From positions 64,001 to 128,000 of the forward strand of contig QCUR01000004.1 in the NCBI GenBank assembly GCA_003208875.1: a stretch of DNA of 64,000 bases. Reading direction: 5' to 3'. The number at the start of each line of letters is the position of its first letter. Position 1 is the stretch's first letter. The notes beneath the pieces are model-generated. The model searched no databases and had not been told where the DNA came from. It worked only from the letters and a program-made list of their open reading frames with translations. The position numbers and the translations under genes are program-made. Source of the stretch: Prochlorococcus sp. AG-679-M23 (lineage in GTDB: Bacteria; Cyanobacteriota; Cyanobacteriia; PCC-6307; Cyanobiaceae). Shown here in pieces: positions 1 through 10,885 of this stretch.

Positions 1-663
1 GGGGGCTCCTTCAAGAATTTGTTTTGTCTGAACATTCTTAGTATCTAAAATTCTCAAAGGATTCTTGTCTATTCTCCTTTGAGAATCTAAATCTAAAGAG
101 TTTTTATTAACCTCTAACCATTTTAAAAATGCCTTTTGAAAGTTTGACCTATCAATATGATCCCCTAAGGTATTAATTTCAAGATTAAGTTCTTTTATTC
201 CTAATTTATGCAAAATATCCCAAGCCAAAGTAATAATTTCAATATCACTACTTACAGATTCATAACCGATAAATTCAACTCCTAACTGATGAAATTGTCT
301 TTGCCTTCCTGCTTGAGGTCTCTCATATCTAAACATTGGTCCCATGTACCAAAGTTTCTGAGAAGGTCTAGTTGATATTCCAGGTTGTATTAATGCTCTT
401 GCCACTGAGGCAGTGCCCTCTGGCCTCAATGTACAGGACCTTTCACCTCTATCTAAAAATGTATACATCTCTTTGCTAACAACATCGGTTCCTTCCCCAA
501 TACCACGCATAAATAATTCAGTCATTTCTAGTATTGGAGTCCTAATTTCCTTTACAGAAGACCTAAAAAGTTGTTGTATTATTATTTTCTCGACATTTTG
601 CCACTTTATTAACTGATCAGGTAACAGATCTATAGTTCCTCTAAGATTTTTAAATTTATTCAA
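1..663 (-). CDS. hisS: Histidine--tRNA ligase (partial; 3' end beyond window start)
   Basis: Not in ORF track. Manual translation from TTG at 663: [15 protein letters not shown]...[16 protein letters not shown]...LRPEGTA...[23 protein letters not shown] (HisRS motifs). Confidence 0.96.
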   Translation of the reverse strand, partial: MNKFKNLRGTIDLLPDQLIKWQNVEKIIIQQLFRSSVKEIRTPILEMTELFMRGIGEGTDVVSKEMYTFLDRGERSCTLRPEGTASVARALIQPGISTRPSQKLWYMGPMFRYERPQAGRQRQFHQLGVEFIGYESVSSDIEIITLAWDILHKLGIKELNLEINTLGDHIDRSNFQKAFLKWLEVNKNSLDLDSQRRIDKNPLRILDTKNVQTKQILEGAP

Positions 664-761
664 AGTTCTAAATAATAATTCAAAATTTTTTAATTTAAAT
701 AGAAATTAAATTTTACTGAAATTCTTTATGTCATAATTAAATCTAACATTCATAGAAAATA

Positions 762-1187
762 TTGGGAATAACTAATAACAAAGATAGTCAGCATTGTGGA
801 ACAAAACCAAAAAAATTTGCCTTCGGCATTGCTCCCTTAGGTATCGTTTCTATTGGAATTGTACCAATGGGCGTTATTAGTATTGGGGTAGTGCCAATGG
901 GTGTTTTTTCTTTTGGTGCTGTTGCTATGGGAATAGTAAATTTATCCGTAGTTGGCATGGGAATAATTTCTGCTGGAATAACCACTATGGGATTATGGGA
1001 ATATTCTCCTAAATCACATGGCCATGAGCATCGTATTCCCTCTGAGAAGACTTCAAATATTAAAAAAGAGACCCTGATGCCAGGCATTTTTAAAACAAAA
1101 GAGGGTGCCGAAAAAGCTGCATCAGAATATGGATGTATCGGCGCGCATAAAATGGGTGAAAAATGGATGCCCTGTAAAATGCACTAA
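762..1187 (+). CDS. Hypothetical protein: Gly-periodic hydrophobic repeat, His-rich linker, C-terminal DUF3721-like Cys/His domain
   Basis: Gxxxx pentapeptide repeats; SHGHEH; C-terminal AEKAASEYGCIGAHKMGEKWMPC. TTG start uncertain. Confidence 0.7.
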   Translation: MGITNNKDSQHCGTKPKKFAFGIAPLGIVSIGIVPMGVISIGVVPMGVFSFGAVAMGIVNLSVVGMGIISAGITTMGLWEYSPKSHGHEHRIPSEKTSNIKKETLMPGIFKTKEGAEKAASEYGCIGAHKMGEKWMPCKMH

Positions 1188-1216
1188 AGATTTTTCAATT
1201 TTAAAGAGCTGAAATA

Positions 1217-2029
1217 TTAATCCAATATCTGCACTTTAAAATCAAGACTATTTGCTTCTTCGACTGTTAATTTTTTAGCCCAAGCACCTTGCTTAGGATT
1301 ATTCCAGAGGAATCCTGCCTTCTTTGCTAACGATCTATCTTCATAACTCACTAATGCTTTATATAAAAATCTTGGTTCAGTCGCTTTACTAAGAAGTCCT
1401 TCTAAATTTTCACATTTTTTGAAAACCTCCGAAATATAAAAGCAATCTGATAAAGCTCGATGTAAGCTCCAAACTGGTATTGAAAAAGAAAGTGCAAGAT
1501 CAGTAACTGATGGTCTATTTTTTAAGTTTTTTTGAAATGACCAATTAATATCCTCTAAGCTACAAATCCATTTTTTTTCGAGCTTGGGCAATCTGCCCTT
1601 TCCAAACCATTTTTTATCAAATTCAACATTATGAGCAACTATTAAATCAGAACAATCAACAAGTTTTAAAAAGAAATTTAAGCCGTCCTCCCAAGGTTGT
1701 TTAATATTAGTAACTTCTGCAGATATCCCATTAACATATTCAGCTTTATTTGAACTTACTGGGAATAAGAACGAAACCTGCGAGAGGACAGATTTAGAAT
1801 TTACATTAAATAAAATGCAACCTACCTCAATAATTTCATCTTTATTTTCATCTAAGCCAGTTGTCTCAGTATCAAGAATTAAAATGTTTTCTATTGATTG
1901 ATTTTGATTATTATTTTTGGAGCTTGAGATTGATTTATTTAAAAAATTGGTTTTTTCATTATCATTATTTTTAATTTCATTATTAAGAAAATCTAATTGA
2001 TTTATCTTTTTTTTGTTTGGTAGTTCCAA
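1217..2029 (-). CDS. DEDDh 3'-5' exonuclease (DNA polymerase III epsilon-like)
   Basis: ILDTETTGLD, VAHNVEFD and HRALSD motifs. Confidence 0.9.
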   Translation of the reverse strand: MELPNKKKINQLDFLNNEIKNNDNEKTNFLNKSISSSKNNNQNQSIENILILDTETTGLDENKDEIIEVGCILFNVNSKSVLSQVSFLFPVSSNKAEYVNGISAEVTNIKQPWEDGLNFFLKLVDCSDLIVAHNVEFDKKWFGKGRLPKLEKKWICSLEDINWSFQKNLKNRPSVTDLALSFSIPVWSLHRALSDCFYISEVFKKCENLEGLLSKATEPRFLYKALVSYEDRSLAKKAGFLWNNPKQGAWAKKLTVEEANSLDFKVQILD

Positions 2030-2163
2030 TTATCAAAAAAACATCTATTGTATTTTGACGCATTTGATATTATTTTCTTCTAAATTAATAATAATTAAAT
2101 AATTAATGAAAAAAACTAAATCTTGTTGGATATCAACCTAATAATTTGAATATAGAATATTAA

Positions 2164-2886
2164 ATGACTTTTACAAAATATCAATTTAATAATTACTGTT
2201 ATTGGCCTTCAAATCCAAAAAAAATTATAGAATTTATTGGAGGTAGCTATTTAGCATCTAAACCAGATTTAGCTTACAAAAGATTTATAAAAAGCTTAAT
2301 AGATAAAAATTTTGCAGTGCATGCATACAAATACACGCCTCAGTTTGATCATCAAGAACTGGCAATGAGAGCATGGAAAGATTTTAAAAGTTGTCAAAGA
2401 TCCTTATCAAAAAGAATAGGAACATCAATTCCTTCAATAAGAATTGGACATAGCCTTGGTTGTAAACTTCACTTAATTTCTCCAGATGGAGGTAGGAATT
2501 GCGAGAAATTCATATCAATAAGTTTTAATAACTTTAGTGCTAAAAGATCTATACCATTTTTAAAAAAGATTTCTCAAAAATTGGAATTCAATAGTGAATT
2601 CAGCCCAAGCCCAGATAGAACATTTGGAATAATAAAAAAAACTTATTATCAAAAAAATAATTTTCTAATAAAATTTAACTCAGATGAATTAGATCAAACA
2701 GATAAATTACTTTCTTGTCTTAGAGCAAGAAAAGAAGATAACTCAAAAGGGATAAAGCTTAAGGGAACTCATACTATTATTGTTAGCGCAGGACTAAGAG
2801 AAAATTTCTTAGGTGATTGGGCTGACGATGATTTTAAAAGAAATACAATAAAACAAATATCTAATTTGATTGATAAATCAATTTAA
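2164..2886 (+). CDS. DUF1350-family alpha/beta hydrolase
   Basis: [15 protein letters not shown] nucleophile elbow, EFSPSP, LDQT, GTH. Confidence 0.8.
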   Translation: MTFTKYQFNNYCYWPSNPKKIIEFIGGSYLASKPDLAYKRFIKSLIDKNFAVHAYKYTPQFDHQELAMRAWKDFKSCQRSLSKRIGTSIPSIRIGHSLGCKLHLISPDGGRNCEKFISISFNNFSAKRSIPFLKKISQKLEFNSEFSPSPDRTFGIIKKTYYQKNNFLIKFNSDELDQTDKLLSCLRARKEDNSKGIKLKGTHTIIVSAGLRENFLGDWADDDFKRNTIKQISNLIDKSI

Positions 2887-4865
2887 GATATTTCCTTTAA
2901 TTTTTCTAAAACAGAACTATCTTCAAGGGTACTAATATCTCCACTTATTTTTTCGCCTTCTGCCAAAGATCTCAAAATTCTTCTCATTATTTTTCCACTA
3001 CGCGTTTTTGGAAGAGAATCTGAAATTATTATTTTTTCTGGTTTAGCAATAATTCCAATTTCATTAACTACATGATTCTTAAACTCCTCAACTAATTCTG
3101 GAGAACTATTTATATCTTTTTCTAAAGATATAAATGCAACAATAGCCTCACCTTTTAAATCATCTTTTCTTCCGACAACAGCAGCTTCCGCAACTGATTT
3201 ATGACTTACTAATGCGGACTCTATTTCCATAGTTCCCAAACGATGCCCGGAAACACTTATAACATCATCGACTCTTCCCATAATCCAAATATATCCATCA
3301 TTATCAATCCGAGCCCCATCTCCAGCGAAATAAACATTTTTTTCCCCTTTAAAAGAAATATATTCCCAATAACTGTCTAAATATCTTTGGGAGTTTTCAT
3401 GAATTGTACGCATCATTCCAGGCCAAGGTTTTTTAACAATCAAATATCCACCCTCATTTTCCAACACCTTTTCTCCATTTTTATCTACAACTTCAACCTC
3501 GATTCCAGGCAAAGAGAATGTTGCAGAACCTGGCTTTGTAGCAACGGCTCCTGGCAAGGGACTTATCATCACACCACCAGTTTCAGTTTGCCACCATGTA
3601 TCTACTATTGGACACTTATTATCACCAATTACCTCTCGATACCACATCCATGCTTCAGGATTAATTGGCTCGCCAACTGATCCCAAAAGTCTCAAAGATC
3701 TTAAATCGTATTGGTCAGGGATTTCACGTCCAGATTTCATAAATGATCTTATCGCTGTTGGCGCTGTATAGAAAATAGTAACTTTGTATTTTTGAATAAT
3801 TTCCCAAAAAGCCCCTAAGTTAGATGCCCTCGGAACACCTTCAAACATAAGAGTTGATGCTCCATTGGATAAAGGTCCATAGACTATATAACTATGGCCA
3901 GTAATCCACCCAACATCTGCTGTACACCAATAGATATCATCATCTTTTATGTCAAAAATCCACTTGAATGTTAGGTGAGACCAGAGATTATAACCAGCAG
4001 TAGTATGAACAACACCCTTTGGTTTACCAGTGGATCCTGAAGTATACAAGACAAATAATCTATCTTCGCTATTCATAATTTCAGGTTCACACCAATCTTT
4101 TTGATCTTTTAATAGTTCGTGCCACCAAAAATCCCTATTGTTTACCATCGAAATATCTTTTTTAGTTCTTTGAACAACAATAACTTTTTCAACAATCTTA
4201 TTTGCCCCACTTTCAATTGCCGCATCAACAGCTTTCTTAAGCTCAATTACCTTATCTTTTCTAAACCCACCATCTGCCGTTATAACAAATCTGGCATTTC
4301 CATCAATTAACCTATCTTTTAACGACTCAGAGGAGAAGCCTCCAAAAACTACGGAATGAGGAGCTCCAATTCTTGCGCAAGCGAGCATGGCAACCATCGC
4401 CTCAGGAATCATTGGCATATAAATACAGACCAAATCACCTTTTTTTATTCCCAAAGATTTGAAAGCATTTGAAGCTTTGCATACTTCTTTGAGAAGTTCT
4501 TGATACGTATATTTCTTGTTATCTCCAGGCTCACCTTCCCATAGAAGCGCTGTTTTATTCCCAATTCCGTTTTTGATATGTCTATCTAAGCAGTTATAAG
4601 TGATATTCAACTTACCTTCCTTAAACCATTTAAAAAAGGGGGCATTTTCTCGGTCTAAAACAGTCTGAAATGGTTCGAACCAATCAATTTCCGAATTTGC
4701 AAAAGATTCCCAGAATTTTGTTGGGTTTTCTAAAGATTGTTTTTTTAAACTTTGTAATTCCTCAAAACTTTTTATATTTGATAAATCTGAGAATTCTTTT
4801 GAAGGGGGGAAGAGTCTATTTTCTTCAAGAATATTGTTGATTGAATGTTTCTTATCTAGTGTCAT
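2883..4865 (-). CDS. acs: Acetyl-CoA synthetase
   Basis: [32 protein letters not shown]. Confidence 0.97.
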   Translation of the reverse strand: MTLDKKHSINNILEENRLFPPSKEFSDLSNIKSFEELQSLKKQSLENPTKFWESFANSEIDWFEPFQTVLDRENAPFFKWFKEGKLNITYNCLDRHIKNGIGNKTALLWEGEPGDNKKYTYQELLKEVCKASNAFKSLGIKKGDLVCIYMPMIPEAMVAMLACARIGAPHSVVFGGFSSESLKDRLIDGNARFVITADGGFRKDKVIELKKAVDAAIESGANKIVEKVIVVQRTKKDISMVNNRDFWWHELLKDQKDWCEPEIMNSEDRLFVLYTSGSTGKPKGVVHTTAGYNLWSHLTFKWIFDIKDDDIYWCTADVGWITGHSYIVYGPLSNGASTLMFEGVPRASNLGAFWEIIQKYKVTIFYTAPTAIRSFMKSGREIPDQYDLRSLRLLGSVGEPINPEAWMWYREVIGDNKCPIVDTWWQTETGGVMISPLPGAVATKPGSATFSLPGIEVEVVDKNGEKVLENEGGYLIVKKPWPGMMRTIHENSQRYLDSYWEYISFKGEKNVYFAGDGARIDNDGYIWIMGRVDDVISVSGHRLGTMEIESALVSHKSVAEAAVVGRKDDLKGEAIVAFISLEKDINSSPELVEEFKNHVVNEIGIIAKPEKIIISDSLPKTRSGKIMRRILRSLAEGEKISGDISTLEDSSVLEKLKEIS

Positions 4866-4962
4866 TAGATGAATCTAGTCAAAATTTATTTATTCAAGTT
4901 AATTATAATTTTCATAGAATTATAATGTATTTTTAACTACAAAAATTTATTTTTTGATAAAT

Positions 4963-5934
4963 CTAGTAAAGACGACTGAGCACAAATTCGGGTAAAGCTA
5001 ACAAAGCTCTCTTATATTCTGATTCAGGGAGCCATAACAATGCCTCTTTTGAATGGAGAGCAAAATCTTCAGCTAATTTTCTAGAACGTTTTATTGCTTG
5101 AGAGTTCATAACAATATTCAAAGCATTATTCAAATCTTCCTTTTCTACAAGTTCTCTATTTATCAGAACAGACAAATTTTCATTTTCTTCTAGAGCATAT
5201 AAAACAGGAGCAGTTAGATAACCACTTGCAAGATCACTTACAGCAGGTTTACCCAATTGTTTATCGTTACCAGTGAAATCAAGGATATCATCGACAACCT
5301 GAAAAGCTAATCCGATATTCTTTCCAAATTCGTATAAGTGATTCAATTGTTCATCTTCTAAATTACATAGAACTCCAGCTGCCTTTGTACTATTTGCAAT
5401 CAAAGAAGCTGTTTTACAATAGCTTTTATTTATATATTTAGAAAAAGTTTGCGCCGAATCGAATCTATTTAGGTTTTGCTTTATTTCACCTTCTGCTAAA
5501 TCCATTATTACTCTACTAAGAAGTTTAACTACTTTTACATTATCTAAATTTGCCAAATGCCAACTAGCTTGAGCAAATAAAAAATCACCAGCTAATACAG
5601 CAACTCTCGTATTAAATCTACTATGAACAGTATCAACACCTCTTCTTGTGGATGCTTCATCTACAACATCGTCATGAACTAATGATGCTGTATGAATCAT
5701 TTCAGTAATCTCTGCAAGTCTTTTATGTTTGGTTGTCAAAGTAAAATCCTGAGAAATAGCTTTTGAAATCAATAAAACTATCCCAGGTCTTAACCTTTTT
5801 CCACCCGCACTAAATAAGTGTTCAGCGGCTGCTTGAAGAATTGGATGACCAGCACCTATTAAGTTTTTCAGTTCGAGAATAAGATCATCAAGATCATTTT
5901 CAACTGGTTGTAGAAGTTCTGTTACTGTATTCAT
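4963..5934 (-). CDS. sds: Solanesyl diphosphate synthase (polyprenyl synthetase)
   Basis: GGKRLRP; Asp-rich motifs LVHDDVVD and FQVVDDILD. Confidence 0.9.
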   Translation of the reverse strand: MNTVTELLQPVENDLDDLILELKNLIGAGHPILQAAAEHLFSAGGKRLRPGIVLLISKAISQDFTLTTKHKRLAEITEMIHTASLVHDDVVDEASTRRGVDTVHSRFNTRVAVLAGDFLFAQASWHLANLDNVKVVKLLSRVIMDLAEGEIKQNLNRFDSAQTFSKYINKSYCKTASLIANSTKAAGVLCNLEDEQLNHLYEFGKNIGLAFQVVDDILDFTGNDKQLGKPAVSDLASGYLTAPVLYALEENENLSVLINRELVEKEDLNNALNIVMNSQAIKRSRKLAEDFALHSKEALLWLPESEYKRALLALPEFVLSRLY

Positions 5935-5961
5935 AATTGACCTCTTTCATATATTAAAGAA

Positions 5962-6756
5962 TCAATCATTGCTTCGGAGGTTAACCAACTTAATTTCTTT
6001 ATTAATTTCCAACCAATATTTTACTTTTTTAGAAAAATCTTCAATATTTTGGGTGACAAAAAATTTAATATTATCGTTGGAAGTACTCTCATAACTACAA
6101 TTTTTAGGAATTAAAAATGAATTATTAAAGTTATTTACTAAAGCAACTGAGGGATCAATAATTCTAATATTTGAATGCATTTTACTTTTTAAAACGTCAT
6201 AAATCAAAGGATAATGACTACATCCCAGTATTATCTCTTCAATATTTTCTTTTAATAAAGGATTAATATATAAATCGGATAGATAATTTAATTTATTTAA
6301 GTCTAAGTTTGTTTTTTCTATTTCTGGAACAAATTCAGGACATGCTTGTTGGAATACTTTTACATTTTCTCTCTTTGATTCAATTATTTTTTTATAATAT
6401 GAAGTCTTAATAGTTGCAGGAGTTGCCAAAACACCAATATATTTTTTAGTTACTATTTCTGAAACTGAATTAATTAGATCAAAACAAGGAATTTGTAAGT
6501 TATTTTCTAAAATATCTAAGGCACAAGAATTTGTAGTATTACAAGCTATTAGTAATGCATCCAAATTTTTATCCTCAAACCAATTACAAATATCCTTTGC
6601 GATGTATCTTATTTGTCCAATATTTTTATTTCCATAAGGAACTCTCTTTGTATCTGCCAAATAAAAAACCTCAATATCCCCACGGGTTTTCATTAAAGTA
6701 CTAAGGATCGTAAATCCTCCTATACCACTGTCAAATATTCCAATTTTAAGTTTCAC
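5962..6756 (-). CDS. murI: Glutamate racemase
   Basis: IGIFDSGIGG, PYG, IACNT, LGCSHY; GTG start overlaps upstream TAG stop. Confidence 0.95.
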   Translation of the reverse strand: MKLKIGIFDSGIGGFTILSTLMKTRGDIEVFYLADTKRVPYGNKNIGQIRYIAKDICNWFEDKNLDALLIACNTTNSCALDILENNLQIPCFDLINSVSEIVTKKYIGVLATPATIKTSYYKKIIESKRENVKVFQQACPEFVPEIEKTNLDLNKLNYLSDLYINPLLKENIEEIILGCSHYPLIYDVLKSKMHSNIRIIDPSVALVNNFNNSFLIPKNCSYESTSNDNIKFFVTQNIEDFSKKVKYWLEINKEIKLVNLRSND

Positions 6757-7844
6757 TATATCCTAGAAAGATATTCAAGAATACCCTTTGTGATTGCATA
6801 AGCTATTCTTTCACGATGGATAGATTTTTCTAGCCTTCTAGCATCTAACCTTCCTGTTAAAAATCCTATTTCTACAAGTACAGCTGGCATTCTGGTATTT
6901 TTAATAACGAAATATCTACCTTGTCTCACGCCTCTATCTGGACTTCCAGGGGAAACTTTAAGTATTTGTTTTTGAATTTTTTTTGCCAATAGTCGTCCTC
7001 TCCAACCGGTGTAATAAAAAGTTTCTAACCCGTTAATATCTCTTCTTTTACCTCTTGAAGCATTCGCATGAATACTTACAAAAATATCAGCATCAGTTTT
7101 GTTAGCTATTGAGACTCTTGGAGGTAAATCTAAATCAATTTCATTATTTCTAGTTAATTTAACCATCACCCCTTTCTCAGATAATAATTTTTTTACTCGT
7201 TTAGAAACATCAAGTACAACATCTGTTTCTCTTAGGCCTCCTATCCCGATTGCTCCTGGATCTGGCCCACCATGACCAGGGTCAATAACAACATAAAACA
7301 TATTACGCTTGATATCCGGTAATTGCAAAAACTTATAATTTCTTCTCCCTGAGTTAATTGGGTTTTGACTAGCCTTAGGATTGTTAGATGATTTATCAAC
7401 AAGACCTTCACCTATTGTCTGAAAAGATTTTTTTGGTAGAGAAAATAGTTTAATTTTCCATCTATTTTTATCAATAGCAACTAACCTCCAATTAAGAGGT
7501 TTTAAATTATTATTTTCCGAAAATTCGATAACTAATCTGGTTTTACCTTTAGTAGGTTTACCTAATCTAATTTCTTTTATAGGACCGTTCCCATCAATAG
7601 TTCTTGGAGTTTTTAGTTCTCCAGGGAAATCTATCCAAAATCTATCCCCAAAAACATTCCCGCCTTTTTGAAAGTAAGCCTTTAATTTTGAATTTGATTT
7701 AGTTCTTAATTCTAAAATCCCATTAGAATTTAAGATCCAAGCTGCTAGTGCACTAGAAGATTTTGCTGGGTAAATACTTGAATTTAAAAGTAAGAAAATT
7801 GATAAACAACGAAAAAGTTTATTAAAAAAAAACTTTGGCATCAT
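6756..7844 (-). CDS. amiC: N-acetylmuramoyl-L-alanine amidase (AMIN-like + Amidase_3)
   Basis: Signal peptide; IDPGHGGPDPGA, FVSIHANA, PAVLVEIGF. Confidence 0.9.
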   Translation of the reverse strand: MMPKFFFNKLFRCLSIFLLLNSSIYPAKSSSALAAWILNSNGILELRTKSNSKLKAYFQKGGNVFGDRFWIDFPGELKTPRTIDGNGPIKEIRLGKPTKGKTRLVIEFSENNNLKPLNWRLVAIDKNRWKIKLFSLPKKSFQTIGEGLVDKSSNNPKASQNPINSGRRNYKFLQLPDIKRNMFYVVIDPGHGGPDPGAIGIGGLRETDVVLDVSKRVKKLLSEKGVMVKLTRNNEIDLDLPPRVSIANKTDADIFVSIHANASRGKRRDINGLETFYYTGWRGRLLAKKIQKQILKVSPGSPDRGVRQGRYFVIKNTRMPAVLVEIGFLTGRLDARRLEKSIHRERIAYAITKGILEYLSRI

Positions 7845-8668
7845 TTTGCGAACATTTTAGTTTTCCTATGTTTTAAGCATGGCATCTGCTCTCTTATCTT
7901 TTTCACTCTCTCTTTATCTGCAGGGGCAATTGCTGCTCCTTGTGTTTTTCCTGCATCAGACAAAACAGTCCCCCAAGGGTCTATAACCATGGCATGTCCA
8001 TGACTTTGTCTTCTCCCATAGTGAATACCTGTTTGAGCAGGTGCTACTACATAAGCTGTATTTTCTATCGCTCTTGCTTGAAGTAAAATTTGCCAATGAT
8101 CTTTTCCAGTAAAAGCTGTAAATGCGGCAGGAATCATTATAAGTTCTGCACCTTTCGAAGAAAGGTGCCTGTAAAGTTCAGGAAATCTAACATCGTAACA
8201 AATAGATAACCCTATCTTGCAAAGACCTGGAACATCAATAACTGGAGGAAATTCCTCCCCAGACAAAATAGTTGATGATTCTTTGTACAAATTACCATCA
8301 GGCAAGTCAACATCAAAAAGATGAATTTTGTCATATTTTGCTAGAACCTGACCATCTTTCCCAAAAAGAGCTGATCTATTGAAAGTATGACGATTATCTC
8401 CAGCGGGGACTGGATAACCTCCTCCTAAGAGAAAAACTTGATATCTCTGAGACATCGTTTTTAGAAAATTAGTACACTTTGTTGATAATTCAGAAGCCAT
8501 TCTAAGTTTTTCATTATCTTCACCCAAGAATGCAAAATTCTCTGGCAAGCCTATTAGTTCTGAACCTCTTCTAGAGGCTAATTCAATCTGCTCCTCAGCC
8601 TCAGCAAAATTTGCTTCAACATTAGCAGTACTCCTAATTTGTAAGGCGGCAACTAAAAAATCAGTCAA
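7841..8668 (-). CDS. Carbon-nitrogen hydrolase (Nit1 / deaminated glutathione amidase-like)
   Basis: LPENF, YDKIHLFDVD, ICYDVRFPE, ARAIEN. Confidence 0.88.
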   Translation of the reverse strand: MTDFLVAALQIRSTANVEANFAEAEEQIELASRRGSELIGLPENFAFLGEDNEKLRMASELSTKCTNFLKTMSQRYQVFLLGGGYPVPAGDNRHTFNRSALFGKDGQVLAKYDKIHLFDVDLPDGNLYKESSTILSGEEFPPVIDVPGLCKIGLSICYDVRFPELYRHLSSKGAELIMIPAAFTAFTGKDHWQILLQARAIENTAYVVAPAQTGIHYGRRQSHGHAMVIDPWGTVLSDAGKTQGAAIAPADKERVKKIREQMPCLKHRKTKMFAK

Positions 8669-8698
8669 GATCTCACTCCTAAAAAATAAATTCGCGAA

Positions 8699-9427
8699 TT
8701 ATGAGGCACGAATTACACCTCTTTCAACTTGAGTAGGAACAATATCTAAACAATCAAGTTCAGAACAACACTTAAAATCATCTTCATAATCACCAAGACT
8801 TGTTAATCTTTTGCCGTGAGTTGCTGTCCTTAAACATTTTAAGATATCATTCTTCCAAACATTCCAAAGTGCTAATGAAGCTTGTAATTCATCATTAGAT
8901 ATATTTACATCAGAATTATAGTTTTCTTTAATATAATAGGCGAGGGCACCTGCTGCTAAAGAATCCTCTAGAGAATAGGACCCTTCCCATCCACTACCTA
9001 ATATAAGAACGTTTTTCTTATTTAAAGAAATTATCCTTTGAGCCACTGCTTTTCTATTTGGAAGAGACATTGCAAACAAATATTCTACATTTTGAACTCT
9101 CTTTAATGATTTAGTCCCATTAGTTGTACTCATAAATAGTCTTTTACCTTGAACTGTCTTTTTGGTTACAGATAATGGGGAGTTACCTAAATCAAAACCA
9201 TCAATCGTTTTCCCACCTCTTTCTGCGAGCATTACTCTTTTTTTACCGTCCCACTTTTTAGCAGTATCCTTTAATAAATTTAAATCAGAAAAAACTTGAA
9301 TTGAATCTGCCCCGTTTTTCAAAGCCCAAGAGATTGTTGTTGTTGCTCTTAAAACATCAATAACAACAGCAATATCAGAATCTGTTTCTGGAACATCATC
9401 TGCGACATGGTAATAAGAAAGATTAAT
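8699..9427 (-). CDS. comB: 2-phosphosulfolactate phosphatase family protein
   Basis: Frame stays open upstream of the track start (9322) through VVIDVLRATTTI; also LAERGG, FDLGNSP, TTNGT, SLED. Start placed at in-frame ATT 9427 by inference. Confidence 0.85.
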   Translation of the reverse strand: MNLSYYHVADDVPETDSDIAVVIDVLRATTTISWALKNGADSIQVFSDLNLLKDTAKKWDGKKRVMLAERGGKTIDGFDLGNSPLSVTKKTVQGKRLFMSTTNGTKSLKRVQNVEYLFAMSLPNRKAVAQRIISLNKKNVLILGSGWEGSYSLEDSLAAGALAYYIKENYNSDVNISNDELQASLALWNVWKNDILKCLRTATHGKRLTSLGDYEDDFKCCSELDCLDIVPTQVERGVIRAS

Positions 9428-9555
9428 AATAAGTTGCCATTCTACGATTATTATAGAAAACAGTTACTTAACTTTTAATATTTTTTTTTAAAAACAAACT
9501 TATTGATATTATGTACCTATGAAAAAATCTATAGAAATTAAACCAACTTATTAAT

Positions 9556-10872
9556 TTGAATACTAATCATATCCGCACCGTTAAAGGTGGAGGAAGTTTA
9601 CAAGGAACAATAAAAGTACCTGGAGATAAGTCGATCTCGCATAGATCTTTGATAATAGGAAGTATTGCAGAAGGTGACACAAATATTGAAGGGTTTTTAT
9701 ATTCTGAAGACCCACTTTCAACAGCAGATTGTCTTAGAAAATTGGGTGTAAATATTCCTAAAATAAAAAAGAATCAACCTTTTACCATAAAAGGTTTAGG
9801 TATTGATGGTTTTAAAGAACCTGAAGAAATTCTTGATTGCGGGAATTCAGGCACCACAATGAGGTTATTAATGGGTCTTTTGGCAGGACAAGAAGGTAGT
9901 AATTTTATCTTGACTGGGGACAAATCTCTTAATGAAAGACCAATGGGAAGAGTCAGCAAGCCATTATCACTTATGGGAGGCAAAATTTACGGTAGAAAAA
10001 ACGGGTCAAAAGCTCCTATTTCTATTACTGGGAATAGGCTAAAAGGTTGTGTAATTGGAACTCCAGTAGCAAGTGCTCAAGTTAAATCTGCGATATTATT
10101 AGCAGGGTTAAATGCCTCTGGAACTACTTCAGTTATTGAGCCTGCATCCTCGAGAGATCATACTGAAAGAATGCTTAAAGCATTTGGGGCCGACATAAAT
10201 ATAAGAGGAGAATTAGGAAGAAATATAGTAATAAAATCAGGTAATAATTTGACAGGTCAAAATATATTGATTCCAGGAGACATTAGCTCTGCAGCTTTCT
10301 GGATGATTGCCGCATCAATAGTACCAGAATCTGAAATTGTTATTAAAAATGTAGGGCTGAATCCAACGAGAACAGGGATATTGAATGTAATGGATGAAAT
10401 GGGATGCAACTATAAAATTATAGACAAATCTACAATTGCAGGAGAACCCATAGGTTCTATAAATGTAAAATATGTAAGTAATTTAAAACCTTTTAAAGTA
10501 GAAGGAGATATTCTTCCAAAACTTATAGATGAAATTCCAATCCTTACAGTAGCAGCTTGTTTTTGTGGTGGAGTTTCAGAAATTAAAGATGCAAAAGAAT
10601 TAAGAGTCAAAGAAACAGACCGATTAAAAGTTATGGCAACCCAACTAAAAAAATTTGGTGCGAATATTATAGAAAAGGAAGATGGTTTAATCATTAATGG
10701 TGATTCTAAGTTTCATTCTGCTGAAGTTGATAGTGAAACTGATCATCGAGTATCAATGAGCCTTGCTATTGCTTCACTTTTAGCTAAAGGCTCCTCAAAG
10801 ATTTTAAGAGCAGAGGCCTCTAGAGTTTCCTATCCAACTTTTTGGGACGATCTAGAAAAACTAATTAACTGA
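9556..10872 (+). CDS. aroA: 3-phosphoshikimate 1-carboxyvinyltransferase (EPSP synthase)
   Basis: [36 protein letters not shown]. Confidence 0.97.
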   Translation: MNTNHIRTVKGGGSLQGTIKVPGDKSISHRSLIIGSIAEGDTNIEGFLYSEDPLSTADCLRKLGVNIPKIKKNQPFTIKGLGIDGFKEPEEILDCGNSGTTMRLLMGLLAGQEGSNFILTGDKSLNERPMGRVSKPLSLMGGKIYGRKNGSKAPISITGNRLKGCVIGTPVASAQVKSAILLAGLNASGTTSVIEPASSRDHTERMLKAFGADINIRGELGRNIVIKSGNNLTGQNILIPGDISSAAFWMIAASIVPESEIVIKNVGLNPTRTGILNVMDEMGCNYKIIDKSTIAGEPIGSINVKYVSNLKPFKVEGDILPKLIDEIPILTVAACFCGGVSEIKDAKELRVKETDRLKVMATQLKKFGANIIEKEDGLIINGDSKFHSAEVDSETDHRVSMSLAIASLLAKGSSKILRAEASRVSYPTFWDDLEKLIN

Positions 10873-10885
10873 TCCGAGAGAATTC

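Noticed and set aside
8699..9427. Coenzyme M biosynthesis pathway
   Set aside because: Lone comB-family phosphatases are common in cyanobacteria; no comA/C/D/E in the window.
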